Positions 18,515-28,447 of a DNA stretch of 64,000 bases are shown one piece after another; the first letter of the stretch is position 1; each line of letters opens with the position of its first letter. A program made the translations under genes and the position numbers. This DNA is from an uncultured Acidobacteriota bacterium (GTDB lineage: Bacteria; Acidobacteriota; Blastocatellia; RBC074): the NCBI GenBank assembly GCA_963743425.1, contig CAVUPU010000001.1:302003-366002 (forward strand), in the 5' to 3' direction. Under the pieces are notes generated by a model. That model saw only the letters and a program-made list of their open reading frames with translations. It made no database searches and was not told the DNA's origin.

Positions 18515-19951
18515 ATGAAAACGTTTCTGCTCACCTCCACATTCTTGCTGACCTTGCTCCTGGTTGTCTCGGCGACAAAAGTCTCTCCTCCTTCGCCCAT
18601 TGCTCCGACGCCTTCGCCCGCGCAACTGGCCTGGCAGCAATTGGAATATTACGCCTTCATCCATTTCGGCATGAACACCTTCACCGATCACGAATGGGGC
18701 GAAGGGCGCGCGCATCCCGACAATTTCAATCCGGCGGCGCTCGATTGCCGGCAATGGGCGCGCGTCGTGAAGGCCGCCGGGATGAAGGGCGTCATCATCA
18801 CGGCGAAGCATCACGACGGCTTCTGCCTGTGGCCGTCGAACACGACTGAGTATTCGGTAAAGAATTCGAAATGGCGCGACGGGCGCGGGGACGTGTTGAA
18901 GGAACTGTCGGAGGCCTGCAAAGAATACGGCCTGAAGTTCGGCGTCTACATCTCGCCGTGGGACCGCAATCATCCACTCTATGGCGCGCCAAAATATAAC
19001 CGCGTCTTCAAGGATCAATGGCGCGAGATTCTCACTCAATATGGCGAAGTCTTCGAATCGTGGCTCGACGGCGCGAATGACGGCAAGAAGCGGATGGTTT
19101 ACGATTTCTATGGCTTCTTCGAGACAATCAAGAAACTTCAACCCAACACCCTGATCTTCAGTGATGCGGGTCCCGACATCCGCTGGGTGGGCAACGAGCG
19201 GGGATTCGCAGGCGAGACCAACTGGTCGCCGCGCGACAACGAAGGGACGTTCCCCGGCTTCGCCGACGAAAAGGCTTTGAACGTCGGCGATGAAAACGGC
19301 GCCGTCTGGCTCCCGGCCGAGTGCGATGTCTCGATCCGGCCTGGCTGGTTCTATCACGCCAACGAAGACGGCAAGCTGAAATCGGTCGAGCAGTTGATGA
19401 ACATCTATTACGGCTCGGTCGGACGCAACGCCAACCTGCTGCTCAACATCGGCGTTGACCGTCGAGGTCTGGTCAACGAAAACGACGAGCGGCGGTTGAT
19501 GGAATTCAAACGCGGCCGCGACGAAGCCTTCAGAGAAAATCTTGTGGGCAAAAACAATTTGGCGAAAGGCAAAGTCAAAGCGACCAACGTCCGCGGAAAT
19601 GACGCGCGCTTCAACGCCGAAAAGACGGTTGACGGGAACGCGACCACATACTGGGCGACGGATGACGGCGTGACATCGGCTTCGCTCGAACTCGATTTCG
19701 GGCGCGAGGTCGAGTTCAACACTTTCCTGTCGCAAGAGAACATCGCGCTCGGTCAGCGCGTGAAGAGATTTTCGGTGGAGATCTGGAACGGAGGGGCATG
19801 GGAGACCGTCGCGCGGCAAACAACCATCGGCTACAAGCGCATCCTGCGCTTTCCCGCGGTCAAGGCCATCAAGTTGAAATTCACCATCGAAGCGGCCAAA
19901 GCCTGCCCGACCATCACGAACATCGAAGTCTACAACTCGCCATCGCCATAA
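18515..19951 (+). CDS. Alpha-L-fucosidase (GH29) with a C-terminal discoidin/F5-8 type C-like domain
   Basis: Signal peptide, then YAFIHFGMNTF, ITAKHHDGFCLWPS and YISPWDRN, which are typical GH29 blocks. The C-terminal roughly 140 aa look like a beta-sandwich (NATTYWATDD...). Confidence 0.75.
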   Translation: MKTFLLTSTFLLTLLLVVSATKVSPPSPIAPTPSPAQLAWQQLEYYAFIHFGMNTFTDHEWGEGRAHPDNFNPAALDCRQWARVVKAAGMKGVIITAKHHDGFCLWPSNTTEYSVKNSKWRDGRGDVLKELSEACKEYGLKFGVYISPWDRNHPLYGAPKYNRVFKDQWREILTQYGEVFESWLDGANDGKKRMVYDFYGFFETIKKLQPNTLIFSDAGPDIRWVGNERGFAGETNWSPRDNEGTFPGFADEKALNVGDENGAVWLPAECDVSIRPGWFYHANEDGKLKSVEQLMNIYYGSVGRNANLLLNIGVDRRGLVNENDERRLMEFKRGRDEAFRENLVGKNNLAKGKVKATNVRGNDARFNAEKTVDGNATTYWATDDGVTSASLELDFGREVEFNTFLSQENIALGQRVKRFSVEIWNGGAWETVARQTTIGYKRILRFPAVKAIKLKFTIEAAKACPTITNIEVYNSPSP

Positions 19952-19966
19952 GTATGTCGCAGGTCT

Positions 19967-20608
19967 TCAGGCGGCGAATCGCAATTTCACGAACGCTTCG
20001 GCGATGTGAAAATCGGGCTTTTCGGCGCCGGTAGGGGAGAGCGCGAGGTATTGCCGTTCGCCGCCCGACCGGCTGACGCGGAAAAGATTCGCATGCCATA
20101 GATCGTTTGCTTGAGGCTCGCAGCCGAACGCATCGAATGGAACGGCCATCGCCGCGCGCCAGATTTTTTCGGACTCGATGATTTCACCTGCGGTTCGCAT
20201 GCCGCTCCGCCATTGCCAGTCGGCCAGCATCTTTGAACGATCGACGATCAAATCACACCACTGTCCTGTCGGCGCGACTTCGAATTCGCGGTAGTGTTTT
20301 TCGTGCGGCTCGACTGGCGAACGGACGAAGGCTTCGCACACGTCGCGATCCCACAACGCGTATCGCTCCTCGTTCACGTCGAACTCTTCGTCAACGTCCA
20401 GCTCGGCGTATCCACACTCGAAGCCGAAGAATATCTCCCGCTCGCTCCATAAAACCATGGCGGTGGTTTTCAAATCGAACGGCGCCTCTTCTCCGCGCCA
20501 ATTGCGGTCGATGGCCAGGCGATGGGCGTCGCGCCAGCATCCGGCATGAAAATCCACGGTGAGTTGTGGCGAAGGACAAAAGACGGCGATAATCTCATCA
20601 ACTTTCAT
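19967..20608 (-). CDS. Hypothetical protein, carbohydrate-binding family 9-like
   Basis: 213-aa ORF. The pattern CWRDA...DLKTTAMVLWSEREIFFGFEC...YREFEVAPTG...WHANLFR resembles CBM9/DOMON-like proteins. The call is weak. Confidence 0.4.
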   Translation of the reverse strand: MKVDEIIAVFCPSPQLTVDFHAGCWRDAHRLAIDRNWRGEEAPFDLKTTAMVLWSEREIFFGFECGYAELDVDEEFDVNEERYALWDRDVCEAFVRSPVEPHEKHYREFEVAPTGQWCDLIVDRSKMLADWQWRSGMRTAGEIIESEKIWRAAMAVPFDAFGCEPQANDLWHANLFRVSRSGGERQYLALSPTGAEKPDFHIAEAFVKLRFAA

Positions 20609-20776
20609 ATTTTTCCGCTGGAGTCGTTCAGGTCACGATGAGCGACGCCCAGAAAAGAATGAAAATCACCCCTGGGTACGCATCGCTTCCAGCGTGCGAG
20701 GTTCCATCATCCATACATTGATCGAATGTGAGCACACTGGAAGCGATGCGTACCCAGGGATTTTCCGCAGGAGGAC

Positions 20777-22603
20777 ATGTTTATGAATCGAATACGGATC
20801 GCCCAAGTCATCCGCGCCTGCGTCATCGTTTCGCTGGCGCTCTGTTTCGCTGTTCAACAAACAACCGACGGATCGAACGCAGCCAATCAAACCGGACCCG
20901 ACTCCGCCGACCTGATCCTGCATCACGGCTTCATCTGGACCGTTGACGAGTCTAAGCCGCAAGCCGAAGCCATCGCCGTGCGCGGCGATCGTATCATCAA
21001 AGTCGGCGGGAACGAAGAAGTGTTGGCGCTGAGGGGCGAGCACACGCGATTGATCGATCTGAAGGGGGCGTTCGTCACGCCCGGATTCAACGACAATCAC
21101 GTCCATTTCGCCAGCGCGGCGAGCTTCTTCTGGAACCTGCAATTGATGGACGTTCACACCGATGAGGCTTTCGTCGCGCGCGTCAAAGATTACATCGCCC
21201 TGCGTCCGGGCGAACCGATTCGCGGCGGGGGCTGGGGAGCTTACGAACAATGGGAGTTGGGCGCGAGCCAGGCGGGGACGAAGAAAGAACTCTGGCGTCC
21301 CGACCGCAAGCTGATTGACGCGATCACCGGCTCGACGCCGATGTTCATCGGCAAGTTCGACAACTCGATCCATTTCGCCAACACCGCGGCCTTGAAGCGC
21401 GCCGGCTTCGATGACCGCGCCGCCGACACCGACAACATCACGCACATTCACGATTCGTCGGGGCGCGTCACCGGCGCGATGCGGATCAAGAACGCGCGGG
21501 GCGTCGAAGCGCAATTCCTCGGCGACGTCAGCGCCGATCACGCCAAGCGCGCGAGGATGACCGAGAACGCCCTGCGGCTGGTTCGCGAAGCCGGAGTGAC
21601 TTCGTTCCAGGACATCTCCGATCACGGCCAGTTGCAGCTTTACCACGAATTTCTCGAAGCGGGACGATTGACCGCGCGCGTCAACTTTCGCTACGGCATC
21701 GAGCATTGGGAGCATATGAAAGCTCTCGGCGTCAAACGCGGATCGGGCAACGCTATGATCCGGCTGGGCGCAGTCAAAGGCCACATTGACGGGATTATGG
21801 GCACGTCCGGCGCGCGCTTTTACGAACCCTACAGCAGCGACCCCGAAAAGAAGAATCGCGGCCACTGGCGGCCATTGACCTGGGTTTCGCCCGAACGCAG
21901 AACCGAACTCAATCGCGGCCCGTTCACTGAGATGATGATCAAAGCCGACGCCGCCGACATCCAGGTCACCGTTCACGCCATCGGCGACGAGGCGCTCGGC
22001 GTGATGCTCGACATGATCGAAGCGATGACCAGAGCCAACGGCCCGCGCGACCGCCGCATGCGACTGGTTCACGCGCAGGTCTTCGCGCCGCGCGATTTCG
22101 ACCGGTTGAAGGGCCTGGGCGTAGTAGCCGAAGTTCAGCCTTTCCACCTGAGCGATGACATGCGCTGGATGGAGGATCGAATCGGATACGAGCGGTGCAA
22201 AGGCGCATACGCGTTCAAGACTATTCAATCGAAAGGCGCGACACTGAGCTTCGGCACAGACTGGCCCGGCACGTCGGCCTCGATCTACCCGATCAGCCCG
22301 ATCTACGGGTTGTACGCGGCAGTCACGCGACAAACCGTGCGGCGCACGCCCGCCGAAGGATGGTTCCCCGCCGAGCGATTGACGATCGAAGAAGCGATCA
22401 GGGCTTACACCTGGGGGTCGGCCTACGCCAGTTTCGAGGAGAAGATCAAAGGGACGCTGACCGAAGGCAAACTGGCCGACATCACCGTATTGGACACGAA
22501 CCTGCTGCGCGCGAAGCCCACCGACTGGATTGACGAGCGAGGCGACGTGAAGGTGAAGATGCTTTACACGATCGTCGGCGGGAGGGTCGTTTACCATCGC
22601 TGA
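20777..22603 (+). CDS. Secreted amidohydrolase (Amidohydro_3 / COG1574-type metal-dependent hydrolase)
   Basis: 608 aa with a signal peptide. Motifs are GFNDNHVHF, VTVHAIGDEA and SFGTDWPG. Confidence 0.7.
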   Translation: MFMNRIRIAQVIRACVIVSLALCFAVQQTTDGSNAANQTGPDSADLILHHGFIWTVDESKPQAEAIAVRGDRIIKVGGNEEVLALRGEHTRLIDLKGAFVTPGFNDNHVHFASAASFFWNLQLMDVHTDEAFVARVKDYIALRPGEPIRGGGWGAYEQWELGASQAGTKKELWRPDRKLIDAITGSTPMFIGKFDNSIHFANTAALKRAGFDDRAADTDNITHIHDSSGRVTGAMRIKNARGVEAQFLGDVSADHAKRARMTENALRLVREAGVTSFQDISDHGQLQLYHEFLEAGRLTARVNFRYGIEHWEHMKALGVKRGSGNAMIRLGAVKGHIDGIMGTSGARFYEPYSSDPEKKNRGHWRPLTWVSPERRTELNRGPFTEMMIKADAADIQVTVHAIGDEALGVMLDMIEAMTRANGPRDRRMRLVHAQVFAPRDFDRLKGLGVVAEVQPFHLSDDMRWMEDRIGYERCKGAYAFKTIQSKGATLSFGTDWPGTSASIYPISPIYGLYAAVTRQTVRRTPAEGWFPAERLTIEEAIRAYTWGSAYASFEEKIKGTLTEGKLADITVLDTNLLRAKPTDWIDERGDVKVKMLYTIVGGRVVYHR

Positions 22604-23020
22604 ACACAATATCGAAATTTTCAACTAAAACATCGCTAAATCGAATCAAAGTTGTTGACAGCGCGGCGCCTCTGGGCTATATGTGCCCATGCCTCGGAAG
22701 TAAAGATTGCGGTTATGTCTTTACTGATTGCTGCTGCTGGCGACGTGGTTGTAGCTGTACTCTCTTGTCAAAGCAAATCATTGCATTAGCGGCTGCGGGC
22801 CTCACTAGTCTTCAATGAGCTGGCGGGCTGAAGACAGGTTCAATCAATACTTACTTGAGCCCTGTTTTTGCTTGGGTGTTTCCGCTTAACTGATGTGAAG
22901 TTTGCATGGGCGTCTTGAAAGCCGGCGAACGCGTCACATACAGAAGTGGTTATTGAGTCATCCCAGCAAAATTCACCCCGATGCTTTTTCTCCAACAGAC
23001 ATCGTTCAGGGAGGTGACCT

Positions 23021-23701
23021 ATGTGGGCCCCAGCAACCTATCCAAATCAGATTCGCCCTCTGCCCTTATCAGCGCCCGGCGTTCCGCGGTATGAGAATCG
23101 CGATATTCTCTGTGGCGTGCCGTCCTGCGCCCCGATCCTGCAGCACGAATTATTGAAGGCTGTGCGCGAGCAAATGCCGTCAGTCTACAACCGCGCCGCT
23201 CAGGAGGTCGGTTTGACCGTCTCGCGCACGCAGGAGTTGATCGAACGCAGGGTCGAGATCATCAGCTCCGCGCGGGCCATCCGGCTGGCGCGACTGATCG
23301 CGCTGGAGCCGAATTCCCATGCCGTCTTCGGCGAGGCGGGTCATAACCTGTTCGACGAGATGCGCCGCGATTTCCCGCGTCTCGCCAAGGTTTCGATCCG
23401 CGGTCTGCCTGCATCGCTGCGAATCCGGCTTGCCATGGCCTGGACGCGCAACATCGCTCACGGCTTCGCCGGAAGCGTCAACCGGATTCTGACCGACCAT
23501 CAGGGACATAAGATAACTCTCTCACTGCGCAATGGAGTCTTCGCGGACAGGCTCGATACGCTGGGAGGCGCGCACGAATATTATCGCAACGTTTTCAAGG
23601 TCATGCTCAACGAGCTGGCGCGCGTGGATTGCGAGGTCAAAGAGGTCCGCCGCCCCTCCGTCTATCTCAACCAGTGCAATTTCGAGATCAGGTGGGAGTA
23701 A
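23021..23701 (+). CDS. Hypothetical protein (a V4R/DUF2378-like small-molecule-binding fold is suspected)
   Basis: 226-aa ORF with a strong RBS (GGGAGGTGA N4 ATG). The C-terminal ...CEVKEVRRPSVYLNQCNFEIRWE resembles the Cys...C.F.I.W ending of V4R/TIGR02265-type domains. Confidence in the family is low. Confidence 0.4.
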   Translation: MWAPATYPNQIRPLPLSAPGVPRYENRDILCGVPSCAPILQHELLKAVREQMPSVYNRAAQEVGLTVSRTQELIERRVEIISSARAIRLARLIALEPNSHAVFGEAGHNLFDEMRRDFPRLAKVSIRGLPASLRIRLAMAWTRNIAHGFAGSVNRILTDHQGHKITLSLRNGVFADRLDTLGGAHEYYRNVFKVMLNELARVDCEVKEVRRPSVYLNQCNFEIRWE

Positions 23702-23876
23702 GTTCAAATCATTCACTGACGGGCCGGCGCGCGCTGATACCACACAATGTGATCGCCATCGTCAGGACGATCCGAATAGACCACCGTCAGATAATTGACC
23801 GACTTCATCTGCCAAGGTCAGCGCCGTTTACACCCGCGACTCGAATAAGTGGCATTGATTCAAACCGCATTCTTCC

Positions 23877-24770
23877 GTGCGATACGACGCCAGATCGATG
23901 ACTCTTCGTCCTGACTGTCAGACCGTCTCGCTGGCGGTCTGTCACAAAGACCGCATCACAGGCCAGTTGCAGATGTCCGCCAGGATGCGCAAACAATTTC
24001 AACAGGGCGAACTCGGCTCCGCCGAATTGGTCTATCGCAAGGGGAACTTCTACTTACATATTTCGATCACGATCCCGGCGCCGGAGGTTAAACAACCACA
24101 GGGCAGTCTAGGCGTTGATCTCGGCTTCAACCGCGTGGCTGTGACATCTGACAATAAATCCCACACGGCGAAGAATATCCGCCACAAAAAAGCCTGCTAC
24201 AAAAGGACGAGACGATCTCTCCAGGCCAACGGCGGCAAGAGCGCCAAACGGGCGCTCAAGCGTGTCTCTGGTCGTGAGAGGCGTTTTGTCGCGGACACCA
24301 ATCACTGCGTCAGCAAACAAATCGTGGCTGACGCGAAAGCGAACAATCAACGGATCGTCCTTGAAGACCTCAACGGGATTCGCGAGACCGGCAAGGCGAA
24401 ATGCGTTCACGAATGGAGTTTTGCCCAGCTTCAATGGATGATCCGCTACAAGGCGGCCAGCGCGGGAGTGGAAGTCGTTTATATTGACCCTCGGTACACG
24501 TCTCAGACCTGTTCTAGATGTTTGCATCTTGGTGTCCGTCCGAATCAATCGAAATTCGAATGCCGCGATTGCGGCTATCAGATCAACGCCGATCTGAATG
24601 GAGCGAAATCAGTCGCCGCGAGGCATGACCTTGTAGCGATGGGCCGCTACTACTGCGAATATCCGCGGAAGGAAGTCAACCGGCCCGAAGCGGTTCGTTC
24701 TTCTGAAAAGAAGCGTCAAGTACGAAACCTGAAACCGCAAGCTCCATCTACAGCGCGCCCTCGCGCTTAG
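23877..24770 (+). pseudogene. tnpB: TnpB (IS200/IS605 OrfB-type RNA-guided nuclease) relic lacking about 100 N-terminal aa
   Basis: RuvC-I is LGVDLGFN, RuvC-II is RIVLEDLNGI, the zinc ribbon is CSRCLH...CRDCGY and RuvC-III is INADLNGAKSVA. The conserved (R)YDARSMTL block sits at the very start of the ORF with a stop just upstream (23856). No tnpA is present. Confidence 0.75.
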
Positions 24771-24863
24771 ATGGAGTAGTTGACTTTGCTGATCGGAGGA
24801 AACATTTGGGGGATGAGCCACAGGTCGGCCCATCCCCCAAGCGCGCTTTCTATGCCCTTGCGT

Positions 24864-27800
24864 TTAGAAAGTCAGACGCAGAGCGAGTTGAATATTGCGA
24901 CGCTCTTTACCGCCGCCGGGCGGGAGTCCTTTGTTGGCGGTGACGGGCGAATCCGAGCCAGTGAACAGGTTCGTGTTCGGATTGACGAACAGGTTGGAGT
25001 GATTGAAGAAGTTGAAGAACTCCGAGCGGAACTGCAGGTTCAGGCCCTCGCGCGGGAGCTTGAAGCTCTTGTACAGCCCGAAGTCGAAAGTCCAGAACCC
25101 TGGCGTGCGGAAAAGGTTGCGCGGCGCGAGAAGTTCTGGTTGCAAGTTGGCCGTGCGAGCCGTGCAAGCCGGATTGCCCCCGCAGAAGTCGTTCAGAGTG
25201 AGAAACGTAGTCTGCAGGCCGGAGTAGAGGTTAAATGTGTTCGGAAGATTGATGTCTTCCGTCCCTGTACGATCCGGGACCGCTCCGATGATTACCGGAT
25301 GGCAGAAATTCGTCACGCTTGCGTTGCAACTGGAGTCGCTGCCGTCATAAACAGTGAAAGCGCCGCCCGTCTGCGCCTGGAGGATGCCAGTCATGTTCCA
25401 GCCCTGGAACACCTGGCCGGTGACGCCATTGCGGCCCTTGCCAAAAGGAAGCTCCCAGACGCCGGAGATCGTAGCGCGATGCCGGATGTCGTTGGTCGAA
25501 CTGGCCCGATCCAACGCCGGGTTGTAGGGATTGCGGAAGCCGAAGCCGAAGTTGGCTTCGAGTGGAGAATCGCCAAAGAATGAGCTGGCGTTGTCAATCG
25601 AGCGCGACCAGGTATAGTTGCCCTTAAGCGACAACCCCGTCGCGCCCAATAGCCGCGTGCGAATCTCCGTGGTCATGGCGTGATAACGCGAGAGACCTTC
25701 GTTGCCGCGCCGGTTCATGCCGGTCAGGCCGGTCTGGTTCAAGCGACTGGTACTGTCCGTCGCCGCTGGATCGCATGGGAAGGTGGGATCGATCTGCTGC
25801 AAAAACACGCAGCTTCCCAATTGATTGAGGTCGTTCAGCGAATAGAGCTTGATACCATTCGCGCCCAGGTAGGAAATCGATCCTATAAAGCCCCTGCCGA
25901 TGTCGCGCTCCAGTGTGGCGTTAAACTGCGCGCTATAGGCAGTCCGCAGGTCGTTGTCCAGCATGCGGGCCGAACTCGTGATCGGTGTTGACCCGCCGGC
26001 AGCGATGATCGTATCGAACTGGTTAGGCATGATCGGGAGAGCTGGCGGGGGGGTGAGATTAACCACGGCGTAGTTTGGCGGATTCTGAATCGCGTTGAAG
26101 ACCGCGTTGCCGAAGTTGCGATCGTAGAACAGGCCGTAACCGCCGCGGAAGACCGTCCGCCCGTTGCCGAAGATGTCCCAGGCGAAGCCGATGCGCGGAG
26201 AGAAGTCGTTGTAATCCGGCCTGTAGAATTGATCGGTCTGCCGGAAGCGCGCGTCGCGCACTTGCTCGAAGATGGTCTTATTCGAAGCATCCCCGCCGAC
26301 CTCGTTCAGATAGAGGTTGGCGTCGAGGAACCGCTCGTTCTCCGGGCTGTGGAGCACGCCGAAATACTCCCAACGCAACCCTGCGGTGAGCGTAAAGCGA
26401 GGCGTGAGCTTGATAGAGTCTTCACCATAGAAGGCAAGCTCATTGTACCGGAAGTGGCGCGTGAAGCTGGGGAATCGGAACGGGCCGTCAATCGCCGTGT
26501 TGTAAATGTCGCCCGGTACCTTGTTGTTGGGATCGATGGCCGCGCGGATCAAATCCACACCGCCATTGATCATTCCCTGCATCGTATCTGTCCTGAAGAA
26601 GGCGCTCTGAAAGGCGCCGAACGTGCGGTTGTCACGCAGGTGCAGATACTGGCCACCCGCTTTGATCGTATGCCGCCCCTTCGACAGCGTCACGCCCTCG
26701 TAGAACTGGTAGATGTTCTGCGGTCCGCCAAACGGAATGGCCGCGAAGCCGCAGGAGTCCGGTATATAGCCTGGAAAGGAGATGTCGCCGGTCGGCAGAG
26801 TGTTGAAGAACCTGTATTGCCAGCACGGCGTGGTTGCCGGCGCATCGCCGAGCGGTTGCAGGTTGAAGAGGCGATTGTAGATGACGCGCGACTCGCTGAA
26901 GAACCGCGGCGAGAACGTATGCGTGAGCGTCAGGTTGATGTTTTGGTTGCGGTTGGTCTGTCCGGTATTGAAGCCTGGATAGGGGCTTAAGCTATTTGTG
27001 CCGGCGAATAGATCGTTGTCCTGGAAGGCGTAGCGGCCCAGCAGACTGGTGCTCTCGCTGAAGCGATGATCTATTCGGCCAGTGAACAGCCAGGTGTTTG
27101 ACGGGTCCCCGGCGCCGGCGTCAATCGGCGCGAGGAGGTTGGCGCGCTGGAACAACACAGTGGATGCCGGGATGACATCGCCAGTGACAGCGTTGAGCAG
27201 CGGGTTTGCGGCATATGAGCCGGGACCACCGCCCTCGATGACTTCCACGATCTGCTGCGCGGTTATGAAGACATTGGGATCATTGGCCTGCGGTAGACCG
27301 CCGAAGGCGTTGATGAAGTTTCTGGCGTTTGTGGAAGCGGCGTTAAAGAAGTCTTGTGTGGGAACGAAGAACGACGATGTGGTGGCGCTGCGGATTCGCA
27401 GCCCTTCGAAGGAGCCGAAGAAGAAAGTCTTATCCTTTATGACGGGGCCGCCCACGGAGCCGCCGAACTGGTTGCGCACGAAGTTGCTCTTAGGCAGCCC
27501 ATTGGCGTTGTCGTCGAAAGGCGTCGCGGAGAGCGCCGCGCCGCGATAGAACTCGTAGGCGCTGCCATGGATACTGTTGGTTCCCGATTTGGTGATGACG
27601 TTGGTGACGACGGCGTTGCGGCCGAACTCCGCGGTCATATTGTTTTTCTGTAGGCGGAACTCCTGCACCGCGTCGAGCGGCACCGTCTGGCCGACCCCAG
27701 CCCCGAAGGTCTCGTTGTTTTCACCGCCGTCGAGCATGAAGTTGACCGACGAGGTGCGCTGCCCGGCGACGGCCAGACCCAGCCCGCGCGTATCGCCCGT

Positions 27801-28298
27801 TACTTTGCCGGTGTCGCTGGCGCCGGGCGTGAGCGCGACCAGATCATATGGGTTGCGCGTGAGCAGCGGCAACTGGATGATCTCCTTCTCGGTGACGGTG
27901 TGCGAGACTTCGCCGGTGGTTGTATTGATCGGCGCGCTCTCGTCAGTGATCGTCACCACATCCTGGACGGCGCCGACCTGCATCAGGAAGTCCAGGTTGT
28001 AGCGTTGGGCCACTTCAACCTTGATCTTCTGAACGGTTTTGCGGAAGCCTTGATTCTCGATCGCGATCTCGTAATTGCCGGCGATGATGTTCGCGAATGT
28101 GAATAATCCGTCCGGAGTGGTTTCCGTCTCCTGCTTGACGTTGGTAGCTGTGTTGGTCAGTGTGACTTTCGCCCGCGAAATCAATGCGCTGGTGGTGTCA
28201 GACACGCGGCCTGTGATGGTGCCGAACTGTGTTTGAGCCATAGCGCTGATCCCAAGGCATAAACAGAGCAAAGCTGCTATATGAGCCAGTTTTCTCAT
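24864..28298 (-). CDS. TonB-dependent receptor with an N-terminal CarboxypepD_reg domain (paralogue 1)
   Basis: Signal peptide MRKLAHIAALLCLCLGISAMAQ, then GTITGRVSDTTSALISRAKVTLTN..., a long beta-barrel region and the C-terminal ...IQLALRLTF. GGAGG lies upstream of the ATG at 28298. Confidence 0.85.
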   Translation of the reverse strand: MRKLAHIAALLCLCLGISAMAQTQFGTITGRVSDTTSALISRAKVTLTNTATNVKQETETTPDGLFTFANIIAGNYEIAIENQGFRKTVQKIKVEVAQRYNLDFLMQVGAVQDVVTITDESAPINTTTGEVSHTVTEKEIIQLPLLTRNPYDLVALTPGASDTGKVTGDTRGLGLAVAGQRTSSVNFMLDGGENNETFGAGVGQTVPLDAVQEFRLQKNNMTAEFGRNAVVTNVITKSGTNSIHGSAYEFYRGAALSATPFDDNANGLPKSNFVRNQFGGSVGGPVIKDKTFFFGSFEGLRIRSATTSSFFVPTQDFFNAASTNARNFINAFGGLPQANDPNVFITAQQIVEVIEGGGPGSYAANPLLNAVTGDVIPASTVLFQRANLLAPIDAGAGDPSNTWLFTGRIDHRFSESTSLLGRYAFQDNDLFAGTNSLSPYPGFNTGQTNRNQNINLTLTHTFSPRFFSESRVIYNRLFNLQPLGDAPATTPCWQYRFFNTLPTGDISFPGYIPDSCGFAAIPFGGPQNIYQFYEGVTLSKGRHTIKAGGQYLHLRDNRTFGAFQSAFFRTDTMQGMINGGVDLIRAAIDPNNKVPGDIYNTAIDGPFRFPSFTRHFRYNELAFYGEDSIKLTPRFTLTAGLRWEYFGVLHSPENERFLDANLYLNEVGGDASNKTIFEQVRDARFRQTDQFYRPDYNDFSPRIGFAWDIFGNGRTVFRGGYGLFYDRNFGNAVFNAIQNPPNYAVVNLTPPPALPIMPNQFDTIIAAGGSTPITSSARMLDNDLRTAYSAQFNATLERDIGRGFIGSISYLGANGIKLYSLNDLNQLGSCVFLQQIDPTFPCDPAATDSTSRLNQTGLTGMNRRGNEGLSRYHAMTTEIRTRLLGATGLSLKGNYTWSRSIDNASSFFGDSPLEANFGFGFRNPYNPALDRASSTNDIRHRATISGVWELPFGKGRNGVTGQVFQGWNMTGILQAQTGGAFTVYDGSDSSCNASVTNFCHPVIIGAVPDRTGTEDINLPNTFNLYSGLQTTFLTLNDFCGGNPACTARTANLQPELLAPRNLFRTPGFWTFDFGLYKSFKLPREGLNLQFRSEFFNFFNHSNLFVNPNTNLFTGSDSPVTANKGLPPGGGKERRNIQLALRLTF

Positions 28299-28447
28299 TG
28301 ATACCTCCATAAGGATTGTTTCTTAACGGGACAATTGTGAAGAAAGGGGATGTTGAAAGCCAAAAATGTAAAATGCGGCTTTTGCTTTTCAAGCAATCTT
28401 CATTCCGCCTCGTTTTATAAGATTGAGTTCGCTTAAAGTCAACCAAG

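Noticed and set aside
22655-22789. Promoter-like TTGACA-N17-TATATG (22655-22683) followed by a 24-codon hydrophobic ORF (MSLLIAAAGDVVVAVLSCQSKSLH, 22715-22789). This could be a type I toxin or a leader peptide upstream of the 23021 gene.
   Set aside because: There is no Shine-Dalgarno sequence before the ATG, no antisense RNA features are evident, and I have no way to test conservation. It is too weak to call.
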